Shown in pieces: positions 11,601 through 24,976 of a stretch of DNA of 64,000 nt. The notes under the pieces are model-generated. The model searched no databases, was not told the origin of the DNA, and saw only the letters and a list, made by a program, of their open reading frames with translations. Made by a program: the position numbers and the translations under genes. Source of the DNA: Bugula neritina (lineage: Eukaryota; Animalia; Bryozoa); assembly GCA_964035545.1 (NCBI GenBank), contig OZ037769.1, forward strand, positions 124,001-188,000, read 5' to 3'. Position 1 is the stretch's first letter. The number at the start of each line of letters is the position of its first letter.

Positions 11601-14600
11601 GTATATAGTATAGTATATAGTATAGTGTATTGTATAGTGTATAGTATATAGTATAGTGTATAGTATATAGTATAGTGTATAGTATATAGTATAGTGTATA
11701 GTATAGTGTATAGTATAGTATAGTGTATAGTATAGTATAGTATATAGTATAGTGTACTGTATATAGTATAGTATATAGTATAGTATAGTGTATTGTATAG
11801 TATAGTGTACTGTATAGTATAGTGTACTGTATATAGTATAGTATATAGTATAGTATATAGTATAGTATAGTGTATAGTATACAGTATACTGTATAGTATA
11901 GTGTATTATATAGTATAGTATATAGTATAGTATACTGTGTATAGTATAGTGTATATATTATAGTATAGTGTATAGTATAGTGTACTGTACATATCTGTAG
12001 GAAGGTCGGGACGCCTGGGACTACGCACTCAAGTATTGTAGAACTGAGTGTCAGAGAATTCTCTCAGATTATATTGACGAGGAGACTCTAGCAGGAAGTG
12101 ATGAAGAGCAGAACAAATACGTCAGCATATTCTGTAATTAGCCAATCACATGCCTTATACTCTGTAGCTAGCCAATCACATGCCTTATACTCTGTAGCTA
12201 GCCAATCACATGCCTTATACTCTGTAACTAGCCAATCACATGCCTTATACTCTGTAGCTAGCCAATCACACGCCTTATACTCTGTAGCTAGCCAATCAGG
12301 TGCCTTATACTCTGTAGCTAGCCAATCATGTGCCTTATACTCTGTAGCTAGCCAATCACATGCCATACTCTGTAGCTAGCCAATCACATGCCTTATACTC
12401 TGTAACTAGCCAATCACATATCTTATACTCTGTAACTAGCCAATCACATACCTTATACTCTGTAGCTAGCCAATCACATGCCTTATACTCTGTAACTAGC
12501 CAATCACATGCCTTATACTCTGTAGCTAGCCAATCACATGCCTTATACTCTGTAGCTAGCCAATCACATGCCTTATACTCTGTAGCTAGCCAATCACATG
12601 CCTTATACTCTGTAGCTAGCCAATCACATGCCTTATACTCTGTAACTAGCCAATCACATGCCTTATACTCTGTAACTGTAACTAGCCAATCACGTTCATT
12701 ATATTCTGTGACTAGCCAATCACATGTATTATACTTTGTAACTAGCCAATCAAATGTATTATATCAATGGACAGATCAAGATGTTCCCCTGAAGATAGAA
12801 GATAGTAACTGGTCTGACATGAGGACTAGGAGTAATCTTCTCAACACACAGCACAGCGTCAGGTATATAATACTCTATATAATACTATACTCTATATAAT
12901 ACTCTACTCTATATAATACTATACTCTATATAATACTATACTCTATATAATACTATACTCTATATAATACTGTACTCTATATAATACTGTACTCTATATA
13001 GTACTATACTCTATATAATACTATACTCTATATAATACTATACTCTATATAATACTATACTCTATATAATACTATACTCTATATAATACTATACTCTATA
13101 TAATACTATACTCTATATAATACTATACTATATATAATACTATACTCTATATAATACTATACTCTATATAATACTATACTATATATAATACTATACTCTA
13201 TATAATACTATACTCTATATAATACTATACTATATATAATACTATACTCTATATAATACTATACTCTATATAATACTCTATATAATACTATACTCTATAT
13301 AATACTATACTCTATATAATACTATACTCTATATAATACTCTACTCTATATAATACTATACTCTATATAATACTATACTCTATATAATACTATACTATAT
13401 ATAATACTATACTCTATATAATACTGTACTCTATATAATACTATACTCTATATAATACTATACTCTATATAATACTATACTCTATATAATACTATACTCT
13501 ATATAATACTATACTCTATATAATACTATACTCTATATAATACTATACTCTATATAATACTATACTATATATAATACTATACTCTATATAATACTATACT
13601 CTATATAATACTATACTCTATATAATACTATACTCTATATAATACTATACTCTATATAATACTCTATATAATACTATACTCTATATAATACTATACTCTA
13701 TATAATACTATACTCTATATAATACTATACTCTATATAATACTATACTCTATATAATACTATACTCTATATAATACTATACTCTATATAATACTATACTC
13801 TATATAATACTATACTCTATATAATACTATACTCTATATAATACTATACTCTGTATAATACTATACTCTATATAATACTATACTCTGTATAATACTATAC
13901 TCTGTATAATACTATACTCTATATAATACTATACTCTATATAATACTATACTCTATATAATACTATACTCTATATAATACTATACTCTATATAATACTAT
14001 ACTCTATATAATACTATACTCTATATAATACTATACTCTATATAATACTATACTCTGTATAATACTATACTCTATATAATACTATACTCTATATAATACT
14101 ATACTCTATATAATACTATACTCTGTATAATACTATACTCTGTATAATACTATACTCTATATAATACTCTATATAATACTATACTCTATATAATACTGTA
14201 CTCTATATAATACTATACTCTATATAATACTATACTCTGTATAATACTATACTCTGTATAATACTATACTCTATATAATACTATACTCTATATAATACTA
14301 TACTCTATATAATACTCTACTCTGTATAATACTATACTCTGTATAATACTATACTCTGTATAATACTATACTCTGTATAATACTATACTCTATATAATAC
14401 TCTACTCTGTATAATACTATACTCTGTATAATACTATACTCTGTATAATACTATACTCTGTATAATACTATACTCTATATAATACTCTACTCTGTATAAT
14501 ACTATACTCTGTATAATACTATACTCTGTATAATACTATACTCTGTATAATACTATACTCTATATAATACTATACTCTATATAATACTGTACTCTATATA

Positions 14601-17600
14601 ATACTATACTCTGTATAATACTATACTCTGTATAATACTATACTCTGTATAATACTATACTCTATATAATACTATACTCTATATAATACTCTACTCTGTA
14701 TAATACTATACTCTATATAATACTATACTCTATATAATACTATACTCTATATAATACTGTACTCTATATAATACTATACTCTATATAATACTATACTCTA
14801 TATAATACTCTACTCTGTATAATACTATACTCTATATAATACTATACTCTATATAATACTCTACTCTGTATAATACTATACTCTATATAATACTATACTC
14901 TATATAATACTATACTCTGTATAATACTATACTCTATATAATACTATACTCTATATAATACTATACTCTGTATAATACTATACTCTATATAATACTATAC
15001 TCTATATAATACTGTACTCTATATAATACTATACTCTATATAATACTATACTCTATATAATACTATACTCTATATAATACTATACTCTATATAATACTAT
15101 ACTCTATATAATACTGTACTCTATATAATACTATACTCTATATAATACTATACTCTATATAATACTATACTCTATATAATACTATACTCTATATAATACT
15201 ATACTCTATATAATACTATACTCTATATAATACTATACTATATATAATATAATACATACACTGTATATTCTGTAGCCCGAGCTCTAACTTCACTCAGATA
15301 CAAAGCCTTGACACAGTGGATTACCAGAGACAAAGTCCACCCAGACCTCCGCCCCGCAGACGTAGTAAATGTGGAAAACTCTCAGGCTAGTCTCTCTACA
15401 GTCTATGTCAAGGTTGTTGTGTTTTGTGTGCTTACTGCTTACACAGCGTGTTTTGTGTTGTAGACCAGAATGTCTGTATGTGTCCCTTCACATCACCTGA
15501 TTCTAGCAGGGTACACACCCACCCCTCACCTAGCAGGGTACACACCCACCCCTCACCTAGCAGGGTACACACCCACCCCTCACCTAGCAGGGTACACACC
15601 CACCCCTCACCTAGCAGGGTACACACCCACCCCTCACCTAGCAGGGTACACACCCACCCCTCACCTAGCAGGGTACACACCCACCCCTCACCTAGCAGGG
15701 TACACACCCACCCCTCACCTAGCACCTCTACCTCCTCTCGCTCTGGAAAGTTACACAGAGGTCTGCTCTCAGCTATCAGGAAATCTCTGTCTCCCAGCAC
15801 CAGTCTCAGCTCAGCCTCCTCCAAGTCAAAGTCCAGGTCACCCTTGACTCTTCTCAGATCTCCGTCAAAGACCTCTAAGTTTGCTCGCACAAACTCTTCC
15901 ATAGACAGCGCTGCCAATACTGTGCGCTTTGACTTGAGAGATCAAAGTAGACTTGTTAGATCTCACTCTGTGCCGTCTGAGGCTGTGGCTGTGGCTGTGG
16001 CGGGGAGGTCAAGTGGGAGGGACAGCAATCAGATGCATAGTCCAAGTAACTACTGCACCACTACTGGCAAACCAGATCAGCACAAGAAACTCGAGTCTCC
16101 ATTCCAGCTGAAACAGCGTAAAGGAAGTAAAAAGAGTCTGTTGAAGAGGTTGTTGGGCTCAACTGCCGGCTCTCCTGATGAGAATCCTGGTTGTATTACA
16201 ATAGGGCTGGGGCAGACCTTGACCCTTAGTGAGAGAACTGGCCGTGACTCAGTCAGCATCCTTAGTCTAGAGTCAGCTGAGAGGGGGAGGGAGGGGTGTA
16301 CAGCAGATGAGAGGGGGAGAGAGGGGTGTACAGCAGATGAGAGGGGGAGAGAGGGGCGTACAGCAGATGAGAGGGGGAGAGGCACTGCTGTATCTCGCAC
16401 TCTTAGCTATGGAGAGATATCTGGTATTGAGTCGGGGGATAAAGTGTTTGACGTAACGAGTCCTGATCACTGTGTGGTGGTAGATGTGAGCTATTTACAG
16501 GATGCATTAGAGGATACATTGTCCTCCCCACTAGAGGATACATTGCTCTCCCCACTAGAGGATACAGTACCCTCTCCACCAGTAAAGGACATGTCATATA
16601 GTCAGGTAGTGTTGATAAATCCATTTCAATATCGTATTCATAATTACATGATGAGTAATCATGTGATCAGTGGTCATGTGATCAGCGGTCATGTGATGTG
16701 GTCATGTGATCAGCGGTCATGTGATCTGGGGTCATATGGTCAGTGGTCATGTGATGAGTGGTCATGTGACGAGTGGTCATGTGATCAGCGGTCATGTGAT
16801 CAGCGGTCATGTGATTAGTGGTCATGTGATCATCAGGTGATACTTCTGTCGTCTATTTACAGATTCCTCCCCAAAAACCTAAACGACTCTTTCTCTCAGC
16901 AGACGCTTCTGGTCAGCGGCTGCCCTGTGATGAGGTAGACAGTGGGGGGCGCTCACACCCTCCCATTAGACAAACCTACAGTAGCTCTAGCTCACAGACT
17001 AGCTCACAGACTAGCTCACAGACTAGCTCACAGACTAGCTCACAGACTAGCTCACAGACTAGCTCACAGACTAGCTCACAGACTAGCTCACAGACTAGCT
17101 CACAGACTAGCTCACAGACTAGCTCACAGACTGGTAAGGGAGTCTGCAGCGAGACAGGGAGTATTTCAGCTGCAGACGTTCAAGGAAGCAGACGTCAATT
17201 AACACCTTACCGGACCGTGAACTTACAGACAGCTCCCACTGACATTTCTAGAGTCACTACCTCACCAGGAGACGCTGCTACCTCACCAGGAGGCGCTGCT
17301 ACCTCACCAGGAGACGCTGCTACCTCACCAGGAGGCGCTGCTACCTCACCAGGAGACGCTGCTACCTCACCAGGAGGCGCTGCTACCTCACCAGGAGGCG
17401 CTGCTACCTCACCAGGAGGCGCTGCTACCTCACCAGGAGACTATGGGAATTCTCTAATATCAGGGGTTGACAATTCTTCAACCACCAGACCAAGTGATCT
17501 ACGACGCGTAAAGTCTGAGAGAGACAGAGTTCTGTCCTCCCCTCCAAGTTCTGATCTGCGGGGCAGTTTGGCTGCCGAACTAGAGCAGACATTCAAGTGT

Positions 17601-18957
17601 CTTCAACGTCAACTGCTCTCTCAGGGGGAGAGGGAAGTGGTGTCTCAGGGGGAGAGAGAAGTCTTGTCTCAAGGGGAGAGGGACGTTAGACCGGTACGAC
17701 TGCCCCGCAGTAAAGAGATTAGAGCCAGTGGGTTCAGCAACGAGGTGGTTCAAAGCACGGCTGACTCATCACTCACCTGTACGAAGGAGGCATCAGCCGA
17801 CAGTCCGTCAGCCGGTCAGAGGTCAGCTGCCCAAAGCTGCCAGCTCACACACAGGTGGTCTGCTAGCAAGGCAGCCCCAGTGCTCAAGCGGCAGCAAAAT
17901 GTAGAGAATGGGGGAGGTTTGAGTGAGGTGAGGTCACACACACATACATACGCTATTCTCAGTTCATGTGTGCTATATGATGTATACTGTGTAGTGTGTA
18001 CTGTATAGTGTAGTGTATACTGTGTAGTGTGTACTGTGTAGTGTAGTGTGTACTGTGTACTGTATAGTGTAGTGTATACTGTGTAGTGTGTACTGTATAG
18101 TGTAGTGTGTAGTGTATACTGTGTGGTGTACACTGTGTAGTGTATACTGTGTAGTGTGTACTGTGTAGTGTATACTGTGTAGTGGGTACTGTGTAGTGTA
18201 TACTGTGTAGTGTGTACTGTGTAGTGTATACTGTGTAGTGTATACTGTGTAGTGTGTACTGTGTAGTGTATACTGTGTATTGTGTACTGTGTAGTGTATA
18301 CTGTGTAGTGTGTACTGTGTACTGTATAGTGTAGTGTAGTGTGTACTGTGTACTGTATAGTGTAGTGTATACTGTGTAGTGTGTACTGTATAGTGTAGTG
18401 TATACTGTGTAGTGTGTACTGTGTAGTGTATACTGTGTAGTGGGTGTTGTGTAGTGTATGCTGTGTAGTGTGTACTGTGTAGTGTATACTGTGTAGTGTG
18501 TACTGTGTAGTGTATAGTGTAGTGTATACTGTGTAGTGTGTACTGTGTAGTGTATACTGTGTAGTGTATACTGTGTAGTGTGTACTGTGTAGTGTATACT
18601 ATGTAGTGTGTACTGTGTAGTGTATACTGTGTAGTGTATACTGTGTAGTGTATACTGTGTAGTGTGTACTGTGTAGTGTATACTGTGTAGTGTGTACTGT
18701 GTAGTGTATACTGTGTAGTGTATACTGTGTAGTGTATACTGTGTAGTGTGTACTGTGTAGTGTATACTGTGTAGTGTGTACTGTATGTGGTATAAATGTA
18801 GGTTAGAGCGAGTTTGAGTAAAGACTCTGGTATCGACAGCACTCCAACTGTGCATTCCAGAAGGCAGCGTAGAGTCACCTCAGGCAGCGATGACTCTTTT
18901 CACACTTGTCTAACAAATACCAATAGGTGAGTAATGGTAGTAGTAGTACTAGTAGTT

Positions 18958-18996
<39 letters not shown>

Positions 18997-21900
18997 CTAG
19001 TAGTACTAGTAGTTAGTATTATATTCATATTTTTCTATTCAAGTGCATCAGAGGAGAAGCCTCAGAACGCAGACCATAACTCACTCGCCGAGTTGGGTAG
19101 TGACCCCCTATCCCCCCTCCCCACAGAAGTGGACAGCCTCCAGGCTAAGGTCTCTCGTATGAACTTGGAGGATTTCTGTCCAGTGGCCAGTGACGACTCC
19201 GAGTCAGACCTGGTCGAAGGGGGAGATAACTCTGTCTGGTGAGCATCTCCCCGTGTCTGTCTGTTCACAGTCTGTCTGTTGACAAGTAATGCTTACTCTA
19301 GTCATTCATAGCAAAGTGTCACAGCAGCTTCTTCTCTTATCTAGATTTATTCATAGCAGGTAAAAAGCCAACCACTTTTATCTTCACAACTTGTTTAATT
19401 CCATCTGCACCCTGTTTCACCAGTGCATCTGTCACTACTATGTAACACAGTGTAACACAATACAATACAGTGTGACACACTGTTCCAGTTTTACCTGTAC
19501 CCTCCCACAGAGTTCTGTGAAGTTTTAATAGGAGTCTGTTTAATAATCCGTCTCTGTTCCTAGCCTCAGCTATTCCACTTTTCACTGTTTTGTTACTTCC
19601 TGGTTTTAGCATGACTGGTGTTTGGTTTCAGTGTGCATGTGTCTGGGTGTCTACCCTATATCATATCTACTCTATATCATATCTACTCTACATCATATCT
19701 ACTCTATATCATATCTACTCTATATCGTATATACTCTACATCGTATCTACTCTACATCGTATCTACTCTATATCATATCTACTCTATATCATATCTACTC
19801 TATATCATATCTACTCTACATCATATCTACTCTATATCATATCTACTCTATATCGTATATACTCTACATCGTATCTACTCTACATCATATCTACTCTATA
19901 TCATATCTACTCTATATCGTATATACTCTACATCGTATCTACTCTACATCGTATCTACTCTATATCATATCTACTCTATATCATATCTACTCTATATCAT
20001 ATCTACTCTATATCATATCTACTCTATATCATATCTACTCTATATCATATCTACTCTATATCATATCTACTCTATATCATATCTACTCTATGTCATATCT
20101 ACTCTACATCATATCTACTCTATATCATATCTACTCTATATCATATCTACTCTATATCATATCTACTCTATATCATATCTACTCTATATCATATCTACTC
20201 TATGTCATATCTACTCTATATCATATCTACTCTACATCATATCTACTCTATATCATATCTACTCTACATCGTATCTACTCTATATCATATCTACTCTACA
20301 TCGTATCTACTCTACATCGTATCTACTCTATATCATATCTACTCTATATCATATCTACTCTATATCATATCTACTCTATATCATATCTACTCTATATCAT
20401 ATCTACTCTATATCATATCTACTCTATATCATATCTACTCTATATCATATCTACTCTATGTCATATCTACTCTACATCATATCTACTCTATATTATATCT
20501 ACTCTATATCTACTCTATATCATATCTACTCTACATCATATCTACTCTATATCATATCTACTCTATATCACATCTACTCTATATCATATCTACTCTACAT
20601 CATATCTACTCTACATCATATCTACTCTATATCATATCTACTCTATATCATATCTACTCTATATCATATCTACTCTATATCATATCTACTCTATATCATA
20701 TCTACTCTATATCATATCTACTCTATATCATATCTACTCTATATCATATCTACTCTATATCATATCTACTCTATATCATATCTACTCTATATCATATCTA
20801 CTCTATATCATATCTACTCTATATCATATCTACTCTATATCATATCTACTCTATATCATATCTACTCTATATCATATCTACTCTATATCATATCTACTCT
20901 ATATCATATCTACTCTATACCATATCTACTCTATATCATATCTACTCTATATCATATCTACCCTATATCATATCTACTCTACATCGTATCTACTCTACAT
21001 CGTATCTACTCTATATCGTATCTACTCTACATTGTATCTACTCTACATCGTATCTACTCTATATCATATCTACTCTATATCATATCTACTCTATATCATA
21101 TCTACTCTATATCATATCTACTCTATATCATATCTACTCTATATCATATCTACTCTATATCATATCTACTCTATATCATATCTACTCTATACCATATCTA
21201 CTCTATATCATATCTACTCTATATCATATCTACCCTATATCATATCTACTCTACATCATATCTACTCTATATCATATCTACTCTATACCATATCTACTCT
21301 ATATCATATCTACTCTATATTATATCTACTCTATATCTACTCTATATCATATCTACTCTACATCATATCTACTCTATATCATATCTACTCTACATCATAT
21401 CTATTCTATATCATATCTACTCTATATCATATCATACTCTCCTTACAGCCTCACCACGGTGCAGCCCTCCTCCATATGTGCAAGCGACGGCTCCGTAGCT
21501 GAATATCTACACACTGACCTTGAAACAAGTATAACATTGACTGAGGCAAGATGGCCGATCACGTGCGCCGCTACAACCAGCTCCAGGAAGTCGATTCACT
21601 GGAAGTCGTTCAGTGAACTTTCTCTCTCTATTGACGACAGCTTCACCAGGTAGTAGTTGTCTGTCCTTACACTCTGTTATACTCCTTGTATGTGTGCATA
21701 GCTCGTGTGCCCTGGTAATACTGTCTCTTTGACTTTCAGCTCGACTCCGGCCGTCGTCCCTCGAGATGTCCTTCACCTGTCAGACGCTGAGCTGGTGAAG
21801 GAGCTGGTGGAACTGGGAGATGTTCCCGGCCCTATAGCTTTCTCCACCAGGAAGATCTATCAACTCAGACTATCTAAACTCCGGAGTAATCCCCACCTGT

Positions 21901-24900
21901 GTACTCCCAACAAATACTGCTGTATGTCTACTGTGTAGTGTGTAGTATGTACTGTGTAGTGTGTAGTATGTACTGTGTACTGTGTAGTGTGTACTGTGTA
22001 GTGTATACTGTATAGTGTATACTGTGTAGTGTGTACTGTGTAGTGTATACTGTGTAGTGTGTACTGTGTAGTGTATACTGTGTAGTGTATACTGTGTAGT
22101 GTGTAGTATGTACTGTGTACTGTGTAGTGTGTACTGTGTAGTGTATACTGTATAGTGTATACTGTGTAGTGTATACTGTGTAGTGTGTACTGTGTAGTGT
22201 ATACTGTGTAGTGTGTAGTGTGTAGTGTATACTGTGTAGTGTATACTGTGTAGTGTGTACTGTGTAGTGTATACTGTGTAGTGTGTACTGTGTAGTGTAT
22301 ACTGTGTAGTGTATACTGTGTAGTGTATACTGTGTAGTGTGTAGTGTATACTGTGTAGTGTGTACTGTGTACTTCTTTCAGCGTACTCTAAAGAACTTCA
22401 GCAGTTTATGGCGCCGACTGCCAGTATTTCATTGGCTGAAATCAGCCAATGGGAACATGAAATGATGAATTACTTCGAGTCAAGTAGTGGAAGAAAATGG
22501 AGGGAAGGCAACTCAAAGATGTCATTCAATTACCTTCTCTTGGATCCGAGGACCACAAAGAATCTTCCTGCGCGGTGCAGTCTTTTGGGTATTATATATG
22601 TGTATATTATACTCTCTAATCTATATACTCTCTAATCTATATACTCTCTAATCTATATACTCTCTAATCTATATACTCTCTAATCTATATACTCTCTAAT
22701 CTATATACTCTCTAATCTATATACTCTCTAATCTATATACTCTCTAATCTATATACTCTCTAATCTATATACTCTCTAATCTATATACTCTCTAATCTAT
22801 ATACTCTCTAATCTATATACTCTCTAATCTATATACTCTCTAATCTATATACTCTCTAATCTATATACTCTCTAATCTATATACTCTCTAATCTATATTC
22901 TCTCTAATCTATATACTCTCTAATCTATATACTCTCTAATCTATATACTCTCTAATCTATATACTCTCTAATCTATATACTCTCTAATCTATATACTCTC
23001 TAATCTATATACTCTCTAATCTATATACTCTCTAATCTATATACTCTCTAATCTATATACTCTCTAATCTATATACTCTCTAATCTATATACTCTCTAAT
23101 CTATATTCTCTCTAATCTATATTCTCTCTAATCTATATACTCTCTAATCTATATACTCTCTATACTATACTATATACTCTCTATACTATATACTCTCTAT
23201 ACTATATACTCTCTATACTATACTATATACTCTCTATACTATATACTCTCTATACTCTACTCTCTATCCTATATACTTCCTGTGCTGTCTTTACTCCTTT
23301 TACCTACGCTTTCTCTTTTTTCTCTATATTCTATATTTTCTATTCTATATTCTATGCTTTTTATTCTATATTATATATTTTCTATTCTATATTCTATGCT
23401 TTCTATTCTATATTATATACTTTCTATTCTATATTATATAACTTAGATTCAGATTCCAAAGGAGAAGCATTCAAAGTGTTTATATCTGCCATCTTCTACA
23501 TCGGCAAAGGGAAGAAAACTCGACCTTATCAACATTTTATTGAGGCTATAAAGGTATATGTATACTGTATATGTATACTGTATATGTACACTGTATATGT
23601 ACACTGTATATGTACACTGTATATGTACACTGTATATGTACACTGTATATGTACACTGTATATGTACACTGTATATGTATATGTATACTGTATATGTATA
23701 CTGTATATGTACACTGTATATGTATACTGTATATGTATATGTATACTGTATCTGTATACTGTATACGTATACCGTATATGTATACTGTATATGTATACTG
23801 TATATGTATACTGTATATGTACACTGTATATGTATACTGTATATGTATACTGTATATGTACACTGTATATGTACACTGTATATGTACACTGTATATGTAC
23901 ACTGTATATGTATACTGTATATGTACACTGTATATGTACACTGTATATGTACACTGTATATGTATACTGTATATGTATACTGTATATGTACACTGTATAT
24001 GTATACTGTATATTTACACTGTATATGTATACTGTATATGTACACTGTATATGTATACTGTATATGTACACTGTATATGTATACTGTATATGTATACTGT
24101 ATATGTATACTGTATATGTATACTGTATATGTACACTGTATATGTACACTGTATATGTACACTGTATATGTACACTGTATATGTACACTGTATATGTACA
24201 CTGTATATGTACACTGTATATGTACACTGTATATGTACACTGTATATGTACACTGTATATGTATACTGTATATGTACACTGTATATGTACACTGTATATG
24301 TACACTGTATATGTATACTGTATATGTACACTGTATATGTATACTGTATATGTATACTGTATATGTACACTGTATATGTACACTGTATATGTACACTGTA
24401 TATGTACACTGTATATGTATACTGTATAAGTATACTGTATATGTATACTGTATATGTATATGTATACTGTATATGTATACTGTAAAATAGTATATATACT
24501 ACAGAACAAGTCTGACTCCAAGAAAACCAGACAAATTCTGGATATTTGGAAGTGTGGACTTGGAGTTGTCTCTCTTCACGTCTTCCACAACATCCTCCCC
24601 GTAGAAGCGTACACAAGAGAGGCGTGTATGGTGGACTCTATGAGTAAGTTGTCTTCCCTTTCATCTCTGTTTGGGCAACTCTCGACTTCTACTGGATATA
24701 CAGCTTGCCTCTCTCTCAGTATACACTGTACTGTCTGTACAGCGGGCGTATGATGCTAAACCCTCTCTATCTCTATACTTAGATCTAAAGAACCTAGCTA
24801 ACCAAGTAAAGGGCACTTACTATGGTGCCGCCACCACGTGGAGTGTTCGGAGAAGACGGCTGGTTGGTGCTGAACTTCTCCGTAAATCTTACAACATTTT

Positions 24901-24976
24901 ATTAATAGAGGGAGAGCGGCAGATTCGGCCAGCTGACGTCAGAGATGAGTCTGAGCTTCCTAGCTTCTTAGTCTGA
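8637..24976 (+). CDS. ANKLE1: Ankyrin repeat and LEM domain-containing protein 1 (LEM-3-like GIY-YIG endonuclease), ~1393 aa. Exons 8637-8674, 10626-10775, 11372-11477, 12001-12133, 12775-12862, 15276-15385, 15464-16605, 16863-17927, 18802-18926, 19044-19238, 21449-21649, 21740-21921, 22382-22588, 23447-23553, 24505-24643, 24783-24976
   Basis: Ankyrin repeats (SPMHIVV..LLQYGGDPNV, LTPLHVS..LLLRNGGDP), LEM domain (LSDAELVKELVELGDVPGPIAFSTRKIYQLRL) and GIY-YIG domain (WREGNSKMSFNYLLLDPR, IFYIGKG, EAYTREACMVD, GTYYG). All exon phases match (4182 nt total). Confidence 0.93.
9340..9447 (+). mobile_element. Short 3' end of a CR1/L2-type LINE or a SINE
   Basis: Ends in AATAAATAAATCAATCAATCAA (polyA signal plus ATCA microsatellite tail), typical of CR1/L2-group 3' ends. 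No ORF. Confidence 0.4.
9610..9768. repeat. 33-34-bp partly palindromic minisatellite, ~5 copies
   Basis: Unit TAGTAGTATTACTAGTACTACTAAGTGTAGGTC. Confidence 0.85.
10126..10567. repeat. 21-bp minisatellite with 63-bp higher-order trimer
   Basis: Unit ACTTACACTAAATAAGCAGTA; variants TAAGC/CAAGC/CAATT cycle. Confidence 0.9.
10784..10796. promoter_or_regulatory. RFX X-box-like palindrome in ANKLE1 intron 2
   Basis: GTTGCCTAGCAAC, 9 nt into the intron. Confidence 0.35.
11110..11990. repeat. Two arrays flanking ANKLE1 exon 3: 25-bp unit (11110-11360) and degenerate (TATAG)n (11530-11990)
   Basis: TATATAGTATAGATATACAATACTC; GTATA/GTGTA pentamers. Confidence 0.85.
12128..12765. repeat. 30-bp CCAAT-containing minisatellite, ~21 copies, filling ANKLE1 intron 4
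   Basis: Unit TGTAGCTAGCCAATCACATGCCTTATACTC. Confidence 0.95.
12864..15250. repeat. 17-bp minisatellite, ~140 copies, filling ANKLE1 intron 5
   Basis: Unit TATATAATACTATACTC. Confidence 0.95.
15505..17440 (+). repeat. Coding minisatellites in ANKLE1 exons 7-8 (27-bp x8, 30-bp x3, 24-bp x3, 12-bp x12, 21-bp x9) plus a 15-bp intronic array at 16655-16835
   Basis: (SRVHTHPSP)8, (ADERGREGCT)3, (LEDTLSSP)3, (SSQT)12, (TSPG[DG]AA)9; intron unit GTGGTCATGTGATCA. Confidence 0.9.
17980..18785. repeat. 14-bp minisatellite (the same unit recurs at 21925-22370)
   Basis: Unit GTGTATACTGTGTA. Confidence 0.9.
19650..21435. repeat. 16-bp minisatellite, ~110 copies
   Basis: Unit TATCATATCTACTCTA; source of the spurious 626-687 aa ORFs. 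Confidence 0.95.
21925..22370. repeat. 14-bp minisatellite filling ANKLE1 intron 12
   Basis: Unit GTGTATACTGTGTA. Confidence 0.9.
22609..23275. repeat. 16-bp minisatellite
   Basis: Unit ATACTCTCTAATCTAT. Confidence 0.95.
23554..24483. repeat. 13-bp minisatellite, ~70 copies, starting at the splice donor
   Basis: Unit GTATATGTA[C/T]ACT. Confidence 0.95.

Noticed and set aside
16942-17202. (AHRL)12 ORF and, similarly, the His-rich ORF at 60573-60893
   Set aside because: Wrong frames; splice phase gives (SSQT)12 in ANKLE1 and (TPRPYTRA)n in the MMP.
19590-24616. Long ORFs (300-687 aa) rich in Y/I/S/T/C on both strands; similar ones at 1668-2385, 17959-18878, 35091-36150, 37225-38067, 46956-47706, 49649-50488 and 53803-54336
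   Set aside because: They are translations of stop-free minisatellite units, open in several frames at once, lying in introns or intergenic DNA.
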